A stretch of 28,193 nt of DNA from an uncultured bacterium (GCA_965369865.1 CBDURU010000037.1:1-28193), one strand, 5' to 3'. Positions 9,582 to 17,892 are shown, counted from the first letter of the stretch. The notes: generated from the sequence alone by a model not told the origin. Made by a program: numbers and translations.

Positions 9582-10616
9582 TCAAGGATCGATTTCGATC
9601 ATGATTAACTGGTTGTTTCCTGCCCGTAGAATGACTGAAATAAATCCACATGGCGGGGGAACGTAGTCGGGATGCTCCGCTGCGGCAAGTGCAAGTTCCA
9701 GAGCCGGTCCGGAGATATTTTTATCATCCGTGAAGTACCAGATGGCGTCCTGAACCTCGTTAACTGTGTACTCGTTTCTGTTATTGAGGATCCAGTCGAT
9801 GATATTCCAATCGGTATCGAATCTTGGATCGTCGGGGAATAAGTCCGGTGAAGTGGATGGGTAAACCTCGACACAGTAGTATTTAGTGCCTGGTGTCATA
9901 TAATGGAACTCGTCTACACACCAGCCGCGATACGGTTCACCATCTTCATAACCCAGCCTGTAGAGTTCTTCCAGGTCCCCGAGTCCGTCCAGAATGTTTG
10001 TGTCCCAGTATGAATTGGCGCCTGGGTGAGCACTTTGGATGGTTATGCAGTTTGGATCCGGGACAGGTATGCCTTTCTGCAGGCCATACGTGAAGTACAT
10101 GGCCCAGCCGCAGTCATCCGTGAATTCTGTGCCATCGCCCCATCCTGTCTCTTCCTGAATGACATTATCATCACTGTCGTGAAGCTGGGCTTCCACATGG
10201 ACAGCAAGGTATAATTCTTCGGGGCAGGGTGAAAATTCGCTTAATGGTATTGCCGTTTCGATGTCATAATCGAACTGGCCGACTTTAGGTGTTCCCTTTT
10301 TAGTTGTGGGAAGGTCGTCGAGGCTGGTGTACGCTGCCACGTGAGTTTCAGTTATCACCCAACCTGATAAAGTCGCTTCGGCATGGACATATAGATAGTC
10401 GCTGTCATTTGTCACAGTGACTGTCCCAATCACAAGGTTTTGACCTGCAATCAGGTCGGTTGTGTATTGAGTGCCATACCAGAATTCTGCAATGACGTCT
10501 GCGGTTCTTGCATCGTCATTTGTTCCCGATGGTGTCACCGGGCTTGTTGAACTTGAACAAGCACTGAATGAAACCACCAGTAATAAAACAATTACTGACA
10601 TAATGAATTTATGCAT
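9582..10616 (-). CDS. Lipoprotein with an N-terminal beta domain and a C-terminal thioester-domain (TED/TQXA)-like region
   Basis: Lipobox FSAC; LIAGQ..GTVTV..GW..ETHV..PKVGQF domain; GWCVD (Cys233), VQDAIWYFTD, terminal NNQLIMIE (Gln336). GGAGG RBS. Confidence 0.7.
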   Translation of the reverse strand: MHKFIMSVIVLLLVVSFSACSSSTSPVTPSGTNDDARTADVIAEFWYGTQYTTDLIAGQNLVIGTVTVTNDSDYLYVHAEATLSGWVITETHVAAYTSLDDLPTTKKGTPKVGQFDYDIETAIPLSEFSPCPEELYLAVHVEAQLHDSDDNVIQEETGWGDGTEFTDDCGWAMYFTYGLQKGIPVPDPNCITIQSAHPGANSYWDTNILDGLGDLEELYRLGYEDGEPYRGWCVDEFHYMTPGTKYYCVEVYPSTSPDLFPDDPRFDTDWNIIDWILNNRNEYTVNEVQDAIWYFTDDKNISGPALELALAAAEHPDYVPPPCGFISVILRAGNNQLIMIEIDP

Positions 10617-10660
10617 TTTTTAAATGCCTCCTTGGTTTTTAAAAAACCGGATAGCCAATG

Positions 10661-10689
10661 ATAGTAGGTGAAAGAAACCAGTGCGTCAA
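10661..10689 (-). promoter_or_regulatory. Sigma70-type promoter for the TED-like lipoprotein
   Basis: Minus strand TTGACG-17 bp-TACTAT. Confidence 0.6.
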
Positions 10690-10983
10690 GCGATATAAGG
10701 TAAAAAGTAGAATTTTGGTACTTATTTACCAAATTTATTACGTCTTATAATCATTTATTTGTGAAATTAATAACAAGGTATATACGATGGCTCTTCCGGG
10801 GATATTGATTTTCCCAAGCCTCATTGCCGGCATGCACTTCCAGGATGCGAAATTTGCAGACCATGAGGACCGAAACGAATCGCCGCCAATCAAAGTCGGG
10901 TTGATTCTCAATGTCCTGGAGCGCAATGGAATCGCTGACGAGTCACGGTTACCGTTCTTTGCCGATCATGGCAAGGAGTTTTT

Positions 10984-11133
10984 GAACTCGATCTTGCGAT
11001 TGCGGATTTTGAAAAAGCCCTTCAGATACAGCCGGATTATGAGGCAGCCAGGTCGGGTCTGCAGGACGCCAAAGAATTATTAAATGGGTAACATCCTATC
11101 CAGTTCTCAAAAACATTCACGAAATAATCCACC
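10984..11133 (+). pseudogene. Orphan duplicate of the TPR gene 3' end and downstream DNA (copy of 12259-12408)
   Basis: 150-bp direct repeat, 7 mismatches by manual alignment; encodes ELDLAIADFEKALQIQPDYEAARSGLQDAKELLNG* with no in-frame upstream gene body. Confidence 0.88.
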
Positions 11134-11229
11134 AGTGCGACTCCCTGAAGGTCGTGGCTCTGTTTTGCGTGATAGTGTGATGAGTGTATAATTAATGTAC
11201 TTGGGTTATTTGCAACAGGGAGGGTGTCG

Positions 11230-12366
11230 ATGTTAAAAGAAAATTCAGTTAAAGAAAATGGGTCTGACAAGGCAGTCAGGTTAATCCTGATAAGTGTCAT
11301 GCTCTTTTTTACTACGGCAGTGCCATGTTGTGAGAGTAGAGACGGCAGGTCAAATGACTCGTCGGGCAGTGCGGGTCTTGATCTCGATTTTTTAACAGCC
11401 GATGAATACGTGGATAGCGGTGACACCTTTTATTTGTCAGAGGATTACGAATCGGCACTAACTGAGTATTCGAGAGCAATTGAGATTGACTCTGATAACT
11501 TCAAAGCCTACTGCTTCAGGGGGTGTTCTCATATGTATATTGGCGACCTGGACTCTGCATTAGAAGATTTGACCAGGGCGATCGAAACTAACCCGGAGTA
11601 CGCACAAGCCTCGATAGCTCGCGGTAGTACTTACCGTCGCAAAGGTGAGTATGAACTTGCGTTATCAGACATAAACAGGGCAATAGAACTCAATCCGGAT
11701 GACAGCTACTTTTATCATAGTCGGGGACTTGTCTACCATAATATGGGTGATCTGGACCTTGCAATAAAGGAATACATCACAGCAATTGAAATTGATCCGG
11801 ACAACGCCTACGGTCACCTGGGTCTTGGAAATGCTTACTGGGATAAAGGGGCTGCACAACTCGCGGTAGACTGCCATACAACCGCATTAGAGATGAAACC
11901 AAATTGGGATTATGCATATTATAATCGCGGCCTGGCTTACCACAGTCTGGGAAATCTTGATCTGGCGATCGCAGATTATACGATAGCAATAGACCTGGGC
12001 GCAGACTTCGTCGGTGCATTTTCTAATCTTGGTAGAGCTTACCGAGAAGGTGGAAACTATCAACTCGCAGTAGAATATTGTACAACCGAAATAGACATGT
12101 ATCCACATTCAGACTTCGCGTATTATTTTCGCGGTCAGGCTTACCATAACCTGGGAAATAATGATCTTGCGATAGCGGATTTTACAACCGCAATAGACCT
12201 GGGCGCGGACGTAGCCGAAGTTTTCTATAATCGCGGAAGTGCATATCAGGAAATCGGGGAGCTCGATCAAGCGATTGCGGATTTTGAAAAAGCCCTTCAG
12301 ATACAGCCAGATTATGAGGCAGCAAGGTCGGGTCTGCAGGACGCCAAAGAATTATTAAATGGGTAA
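11230..12366 (+). CDS. Exported/membrane-anchored tetratricopeptide repeat protein (~9 TPRs)
   Basis: 34-aa periodic AYxNRGxAY..G..DLAIAD..AI..P motifs; hydrophobic N-terminal segment ending in PCC. ATG 11230 chosen over GTG 11224 on GGGAGG spacing; TTGCGT-16-TATAAT at 11165-11192. Confidence 0.9.
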   Translation: MLKENSVKENGSDKAVRLILISVMLFFTTAVPCCESRDGRSNDSSGSAGLDLDFLTADEYVDSGDTFYLSEDYESALTEYSRAIEIDSDNFKAYCFRGCSHMYIGDLDSALEDLTRAIETNPEYAQASIARGSTYRRKGEYELALSDINRAIELNPDDSYFYHSRGLVYHNMGDLDLAIKEYITAIEIDPDNAYGHLGLGNAYWDKGAAQLAVDCHTTALEMKPNWDYAYYNRGLAYHSLGNLDLAIADYTIAIDLGADFVGAFSNLGRAYREGGNYQLAVEYCTTEIDMYPHSDFAYYFRGQAYHNLGNNDLAIADFTTAIDLGADVAEVFYNRGSAYQEIGELDQAIADFEKALQIQPDYEAARSGLQDAKELLNG

Positions 12367-12457
12367 CATCCTATCCAGTTCTCAAAAACACACACGAAAT
12401 AATCCACCTGCACGCACTCATTAACATTCGCGGCTCTGATACGTTTGTGTTACTGTT

Positions 12458-14590
12458 TTAGCCCCTGTACTTCCTTGTTCTCGTAGCCCTTCTTTTAAGC
12501 TTTGCCTGTCTTGCCTGGCCGGGAGTAAAACTTCGCCTCTTGCGCTTTTTCTTCTGCGATTTCGACATCACTTTCTTTTCAAGAAATTCCTCAAGCATTC
12601 GGATCTCGTCCCTAAGTTCGGCCGCGCGTTCGAAATTAAGGTCGTTCGCTTCCGAAAGCATCTCGGACCGGATCATTTCCACAATTTGCGGAAGTTCATC
12701 GCGCGTCAGTTCCACACCCTCGAAATTGATCGTCCCATCCTCAAGTACCGCTTGGACCGCAACTTCCTCATCCACATCCGACGCGATATCCCTGATCTCT
12801 TTCGTGACCGATGTCGGTGTGATACCGTGCTTTTTGTTATACGCCTCCTGGATTACACGGCGTCGGTTCGTCTCCTTCACCGCCGCTTCGATCGCCGGGG
12901 TCATGATGTCGGCGTAGAGGATCACCATCCCGTCCGCGTGGCGTGCCGCGCGTCCCATTGTCTGGATCAGCGACGTTTCGGTCCGAAGGAAACCGGCTTT
13001 GTCCGCATCGAGAATCGCGACAAGGCTGACCTCGGGCAAATCAAGTCCTTCCCTTAAAAGATTTATCCCGACAAGAATATCGAAATCGCCCCGCCGCAAA
13101 TCCCGCAATATCCGGACCCTGTCGAATGTGTCGATCTCGGAATGGAGATATCGGACACGGTGGCCCATCCGTTCGAGATAGTCGGTCAGATCCTCGCTCA
13201 TTTTTTTTGTGAGCGTTGTGATCAATGTCCGCTGCCCTTTCTCGGAACGCTTCCCGATCTCGTCCATCACGTCATCGACCTGGGTTCCGACCCCGCGGAT
13301 TTCAATTTTCGGATCGATCAGCCCGGTTGGACGGATGATCAATTCGACTGTATTGTCGGAACGCTCGCGTTCGTACGGCCCGGGAGTGGCGGTGGTGAAG
13401 ATCACCTGGTTTATGTACCTCTCGAACTCCTCGAAATTCAATGGACGGTTATCGAGCGCGCACGGCAGGCGGAAACCGTAGTCGACAAGGTTTATTTTCC
13501 TCGACCTGTCCCCCTTGAACATTCCGTTAAGCTGCGGGATCGTCTGGTGCGACTCGTCGATGATCATTAAATAATCGTCCGGGAAATACTCGACCAGCGT
13601 CGATGGCGGCTCCCCCGGTTCGCGCCCCGAGAATATCCGCGAATAATTTTCGATGCCGGAACAGAAACCGAGTTCGCGAATGCACTCGATATCGTAAAGT
13701 GTCCGGTCCTTCAGACGTTCCGCGTAGAGTTTTTTGTCGTCCTTAATGAACTGCTTGTATTGAATATCGAGATCCCTCGCGATATTGTCGAGAATTAATT
13801 CCTGGCGTTCGGGAACGAACGCGTAGTGGCTTGCAGGGAACAGGGAAATTTCATCGAGGATCTCTAATACTTCGCCGGTGACAGGATGAATCCTCGTGAT
13901 ACCCTCGCACTCGTCGCCGAAAAACGACATCCTGATTATTACTTCCTCGTTGACCGGATAAATTTCAATCGTGTCGCCCTTCACACGGAACGCGCCCCGG
14001 ATCAGTTCGAGATCGTTCCGGAGATACTGCATATCGATGAATTTCCTTAAAAGGACGCGACGCTCGATCTCTTTTCCCACCGTAACTTCGACCGACATGT
14101 CTGTGTATTCGGACGGGTCGCCAAGGCCGTAAATGCAGCTCACTGTCGCGACTATAATAACGTCCCGACGGCTGAGAAGCGCCTGGGTGGCGGCATGGCG
14201 CATGCGGTCGACTTCCTCGTTCACATCCGCGTCTTTTTCGATATAGAGATCTCGCGCCGGAACGTACGCTTCCGGCTGATAAAAATCGTAATAGCTGACG
14301 AAATATCCGACGAAATTATCCGGGAAGAACGCCTTGTACTCCGCGGCGAGCTGGGCAGCGAGGGTTTTATTGTGCGTGACAACCAGTGTCGGTCGCTGGA
14401 CCTCCTCTATTACTTTCGCCATCGTGAAAGTTTTGCCCGACCCTGTGACGCCGAGCAGTATCTGCATCCGGTCACCGCGGTTCAAACCTTCGACCATCTG
14501 CTCGATAGCCTGGGGCTGGTCACCGGCAGGCTTATATTCTGAAACCAGCTTGAATGGTTTTGAAATTTTTTGTTTTTTTGTCGCAGGCAT
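12458..14590 (-). CDS. uvrB: Excinuclease ABC subunit B
   Basis: PAGDQP, GVTGSGKTFT, HNKTLAAQL, FVSYYDFYQPEAY, DESH, GINLLREGLDLPEVSLV, C-terminal UVR domain FERAAELRDEI. Confidence 0.99.
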   Translation of the reverse strand: MPATKKQKISKPFKLVSEYKPAGDQPQAIEQMVEGLNRGDRMQILLGVTGSGKTFTMAKVIEEVQRPTLVVTHNKTLAAQLAAEYKAFFPDNFVGYFVSYYDFYQPEAYVPARDLYIEKDADVNEEVDRMRHAATQALLSRRDVIIVATVSCIYGLGDPSEYTDMSVEVTVGKEIERRVLLRKFIDMQYLRNDLELIRGAFRVKGDTIEIYPVNEEVIIRMSFFGDECEGITRIHPVTGEVLEILDEISLFPASHYAFVPERQELILDNIARDLDIQYKQFIKDDKKLYAERLKDRTLYDIECIRELGFCSGIENYSRIFSGREPGEPPSTLVEYFPDDYLMIIDESHQTIPQLNGMFKGDRSRKINLVDYGFRLPCALDNRPLNFEEFERYINQVIFTTATPGPYERERSDNTVELIIRPTGLIDPKIEIRGVGTQVDDVMDEIGKRSEKGQRTLITTLTKKMSEDLTDYLERMGHRVRYLHSEIDTFDRVRILRDLRRGDFDILVGINLLREGLDLPEVSLVAILDADKAGFLRTETSLIQTMGRAARHADGMVILYADIMTPAIEAAVKETNRRRVIQEAYNKKHGITPTSVTKEIRDIASDVDEEVAVQAVLEDGTINFEGVELTRDELPQIVEMIRSEMLSEANDLNFERAAELRDEIRMLEEFLEKKVMSKSQKKKRKRRSFTPGQARQAKLKRRATRTRKYRG

Positions 14591-14598
14591 CCTGGGTT

Positions 14599-14623
14599 AT
14601 TTTAACATACGAAACGGATGTTT
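14599..14623 (-). promoter_or_regulatory. uvrB extended -10 promoter with candidate LexA box
   Basis: Minus strand TG-T-TAAAAT 8 nt before the ATG; AAAC-N4-GTTT palindrome at 14612-14623. Confidence 0.5.
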
Positions 14624-14659
14624 AGAAAATGATTGGGGCTACTTCTGTCCTCTACGAAT

Positions 14660-14782
14660 TAAGAAAATCGGAGAGATAACCATCCCCATAAAAGAATCGG
14701 AGAAATAACCATCCCCATAAGAAAATCGGAGAGATAACCATCCCCCCGCGGAGCGAAGCGAAGAGGGGGGATTATAGGGGGG
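14660..14782. repeat. Three tandem 29-bp repeats running into a C6/G6 hairpin element
   Basis: TAAGAAAATCGGAGAGATAACCATCCCCA-type units at 14660, 14689, 14718; then CCCCCC-gcggagcgaagcgaaga-GGGGGG-attata-GGGGGG. Confidence 0.88.
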
Positions 14783-14784
14783 CC

Positions 14785-15921
14785 TTACCAAACCCTGTCG
14801 CCGGTATTGAAATCATCGATATTCCCTTCTACAACAATACAAATCGCGAAATCATCCTCGACCGATTCCACCTCGATTATCCCCGTATTCACCGTTGTTA
14901 CACCAAGCACATCGCCCGATTCCGGATCGATTACCTCCACTTCACTCTCGACATTGAAAAGCAGCCCCTCATCCACGCTGTCGAAATAACCAACGTTGAT
15001 AAAAACAGATTCGGCGGTAACATTAGCGATCCGGCCCTCGAGGTTTGGCTTCTCACCAATAACAGGGATAATCCGGTCGGTCTCGATTCCGAGCGAATCT
15101 TTTGTCCAGATGACCAGCTCTTCATCCTGAAGCTCATCCCAATTGATTATGAAATTGAAATCCAGAACCGATTCGTCCTCCCCTGTCCAGTCAAATAGTG
15201 GAGAGCCGGCATAGCCTGAGAATATCCTGACACTCACCAGCGAGTAATCATCCGTGACCGATCCCCGGATCCGAATTAGCGAGGTTTTGATTTCAATAAT
15301 CCCCTGGCTGATTGAAATTTCCGGGGGTGAATTATTTCCGATGTCCTGTCCGACCAAGCCATCGTTTATCATGACATTGATCATATCGAAAGCAACATTC
15401 CCGGCGAATCTCCTGAGGATCATCGCTTCTTCGTCCTCATCTACCGAACGGTCTTTTTTTATCGTGCGCTCCCAGATCAGGCTGCCGGACGATGTATCGT
15501 ACGCCTGGAACGCGATTTCGATCCTGACCATCCGGTAATTCCCCGACCTCCTGACCTTCGCCTGGTTTATCCGGCCCGAGACAAGAGCGTCCACGTTGTA
15601 TTCAGTTCCAATCTCAATAATTTCGGATTCCGATAATAACGCGGGATTAACATTTCCGATTTCCGTAGTGGTAAATCTGCCCGTATCGGAAAAATATCCC
15701 GGCCAGACACCATACGCCCACTCGGCGACCTCAAATCCGTACTCATCGTCGGGGATAATCTCGCACAGGCCAAGCCGCCAGATTGAATTTATCAATTCCT
15801 GGTCATTAGATAGAAGGCCGTCCCCGTCTATTACACGCGAGCGTTCGGCATAAGCCGGGGACACGGACAACAGGATTATGGACGCGAAAATCGCGATCAC
15901 GCAGATTCTTTTCATGCGCAT
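14785..15921 (-). CDS. Exported protein, CsgG/FlgT-like middle region, Ig-like segment and FlgT-C-like C-terminal domain
   Basis: Signal peptide (AYA|E); EIG..YNVDALVSGRI..GSLIWE; C-terminal VFINVG..V..G..F.V..IDPESGDVLG..GDRV. Start moved to ATG 15921 on GGAGG spacing. Confidence 0.6.
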   Translation of the reverse strand: MRMKRICVIAIFASIILLSVSPAYAERSRVIDGDGLLSNDQELINSIWRLGLCEIIPDDEYGFEVAEWAYGVWPGYFSDTGRFTTTEIGNVNPALLSESEIIEIGTEYNVDALVSGRINQAKVRRSGNYRMVRIEIAFQAYDTSSGSLIWERTIKKDRSVDEDEEAMILRRFAGNVAFDMINVMINDGLVGQDIGNNSPPEISISQGIIEIKTSLIRIRGSVTDDYSLVSVRIFSGYAGSPLFDWTGEDESVLDFNFIINWDELQDEELVIWTKDSLGIETDRIIPVIGEKPNLEGRIANVTAESVFINVGYFDSVDEGLLFNVESEVEVIDPESGDVLGVTTVNTGIIEVESVEDDFAICIVVEGNIDDFNTGDRVW

Positions 15922-16010
15922 GGGTATCAGGCCTCCACGAATGGACATGTATTTACCTTATCCTGTTTAAAGGGGCATGTAAACAGAGAATATAGAGAAT
16001 ATATAGTCTA

Positions 16011-17063
16011 TCAATCCCAGTAGCCGTCATCTCGATCTGGAAACGATGTCGCGATCGCGCGGCAGTAATAACCGATTTCATCCATATAGGGCATATGCAA
16101 TGCATTGATTGAGAGATTTTCGTACCCACTCCCCGGCTCGAGGGCCAGATGTATCAGGAATTTTGAAACACCGTATTGAGATTGGACTTTTTCGACCCTC
16201 ACTCCGGTAATCTTCTCGACGGCTATCCTGTGATCCGAATCATCATTGGTGTATTCAAGGATTTTGCCATCGCACTTGAATTCCCTGTCGAGAATCGTTT
16301 TACCAAATATTAATTGCTCTTTTTTTGTCTTGATCGACTCGAAATTAAACTTGGGAACCTCCGCGACCTGCAGCCCGGCTTTTTCACGGCGTTTCCGGTG
16401 GTGCATGACAACCAGCCGGACATTTTCATTTCCATCGATCGAAACAAGCTTCAGCTTTGTAGCCGGACCGCTGACAGCTTCATATCTTTTAAATTTGTGT
16501 TTTAAAAAATCGAATCCGCGTTTGTTGTCCGAAGTGAAGTAAAGCCTTGTAAAATAAAATAATGTTTCCTTTGACTGCCTCGCGCCGAAAATATATTGCA
16601 TCAGGATCGAGACTATGCCACTGCGGGTCCAGTACTCAATTTCATCATCTGAAATTTTCAGGTAACCCTCTTCCGTTTCCTTATTCAGGAATGATATGGC
16701 AATGACGACACCTATGGTGGTGCATAAAACTAATACAACGAGCAGAATATTAACCATGACCATGAGCAAGCCGCCAGGTTCTCCATCGGTGGCTATCAAT
16801 GCTCCAATAAATCCTAAAAATGACAGACCCAGCCCGACTAAGAGGCCAATTACCCCATAACCGATCATGGCGGATTTTCTATCTTCAGAAGTTGGTTCGC
16901 GAGGTTTGAAAAGGCTCGTGGCTTTATCCGGATCCATGCGGACTGGCTCTCGAAAAAAGTTTGTAGTCTCCGGCCGGGCATTTATATCGATCAATGATCC
17001 CATGTCATCATCCATATTGAATGGATTCCCGGCCGGATAAAATGTTGCGGGTGATGGTGTCAA
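16011..17063 (-). CDS. Hypothetical membrane protein (two TM helices, soluble C-terminal region); start uncertain
   Basis: 350-aa ORF with two long hydrophobic segments; TATAAT 9 nt before the TTG. Confidence 0.7.
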   Translation of the reverse strand: MTPSPATFYPAGNPFNMDDDMGSLIDINARPETTNFFREPVRMDPDKATSLFKPREPTSEDRKSAMIGYGVIGLLVGLGLSFLGFIGALIATDGEPGGLLMVMVNILLVVLVLCTTIGVVIAISFLNKETEEGYLKISDDEIEYWTRSGIVSILMQYIFGARQSKETLFYFTRLYFTSDNKRGFDFLKHKFKRYEAVSGPATKLKLVSIDGNENVRLVVMHHRKRREKAGLQVAEVPKFNFESIKTKKEQLIFGKTILDREFKCDGKILEYTNDDSDHRIAVEKITGVRVEKVQSQYGVSKFLIHLALEPGSGYENLSINALHMPYMDEIGYYCRAIATSFPDRDDGYWD

Positions 17064-17237
17064 TTTAGCGATATTATAGCTTTAAATACGATGTATTAGA
17101 ACCCGCGCATTTCGATGGGGAAACGATTGTGATTGGCTCAATTATTGGTGCGGTCGGGATTAAAGCGCTGGTGATAATTGCGACGATAGGACCGGGTAAG
17201 AAAGAAAAAGATCGAAAGTAAATTAATCGGATTACCT

Positions 17238-17276
17238 AAAATAAAATATGCGGGTAACAAATTCATGCTACCCGCA
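17238..17276 (-). terminator. Intrinsic terminator (minus strand)
   Basis: UGCGGGUAGCA-ugaauu-UGUUACCCGCA-UAUUUUAUUUU; the G.U pair forms only on the minus strand. Confidence 0.75.
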
Positions 17277-17444
17277 CCTCCTAAAACTCGTATCCAACGG
17301 GTTATTATGCAGTCTTTGTTCCAAATCCTTATCATGATCCTCAATTCCAGCAATTTCAGCCTTCGATTTACACTTCAGCCCTGTACCCCTGTCACAATGG
17401 GCATCCCGCTTCCACTCGTACCGGCGCAACCATAATTTTTTCAC
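17238..17444 (-). ncRNA. Candidate ~200-nt stand-alone transcript (GGA-rich sRNA, or leaderless 58-aa ORF 17268-17444)
   Basis: TTGCAA(17475-80)-18 bp-TACAAT(17451-56) upstream, terminator downstream, 8 GGA trinucleotides inside. Confidence 0.4.
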
Positions 17445-17611
17445 TTGAAAATTGTATAAAACATTATGAATTTGTTGCAATCTGCACCAATCGAGTTAAC
17501 AATTTCATGCAGTTTGCTACATTAGGTGTTGATTCAAACCTCCTGTGGAATATATAGGGGATATCACTCATGTCCAATATAAAATTCCCTCAAATGGTTT
17601 GAAGTTAGACC

Positions 17612-17892
17612 GTGCCGTTAGCTTCCAGCTATCGGACAGCAAGTGCCGACTGCATCCTGCTGTTGGATTTTTTAAGTGCCGTTAGCTTCCAGCTATCGGA
17701 CAGCAAGTGCCAACTACATCCTGCTGTTGGATTTTTCAAGTGCCGTTAGCTTCCAGCTATCGGACAGCAAGTGCCGACTGCATCCTGCCGTTGGATTTAC
17801 CAAGTGCCGTTAGCTTCCAGCTATCGGACAGCAAGTGCCGACTGCATCCTGCCGTTTGATTTACCAAGTGCCGTTAGCTTCCAGCTATCGGA
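17612..17892. repeat. Tandem array of 4.4 x 64-bp units, each made of two related hairpins (REP/BIME-like)
   Basis: Units start at 17612, 17676, 17740, 17804, 17868. Sub-unit A GTGCCGTTAGC-TTCCA-GCTATCGG; sub-unit B GTGCCGACTGC-ATCCT-GC(T/C)GTTGG. Confidence 0.95.

Noticed and set aside
10711..10736. TTTGGTA-N6-TACCAAA inverted repeat upstream of the TED-like gene promoter
   Set aside because: Short and in AT-rich DNA; could be chance, no second instance seen.
10787..11083. 98-aa ORF
   Set aside because: Chimeric: its 3' part reads the duplicated TPR tail out of frame.
14660..14745. CRISPR interpretation of the 29-bp repeats
   Set aside because: Units are directly adjacent with no spacers.
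17612..17892. CRISPR array interpretation of the 64-bp repeats, and ORF 17771-18001
   Set aside because: Intervening segments are near-identical rather than unique spacers, and there are no cas genes. The 64-bp period shifts frame, so the ORF is incidental.
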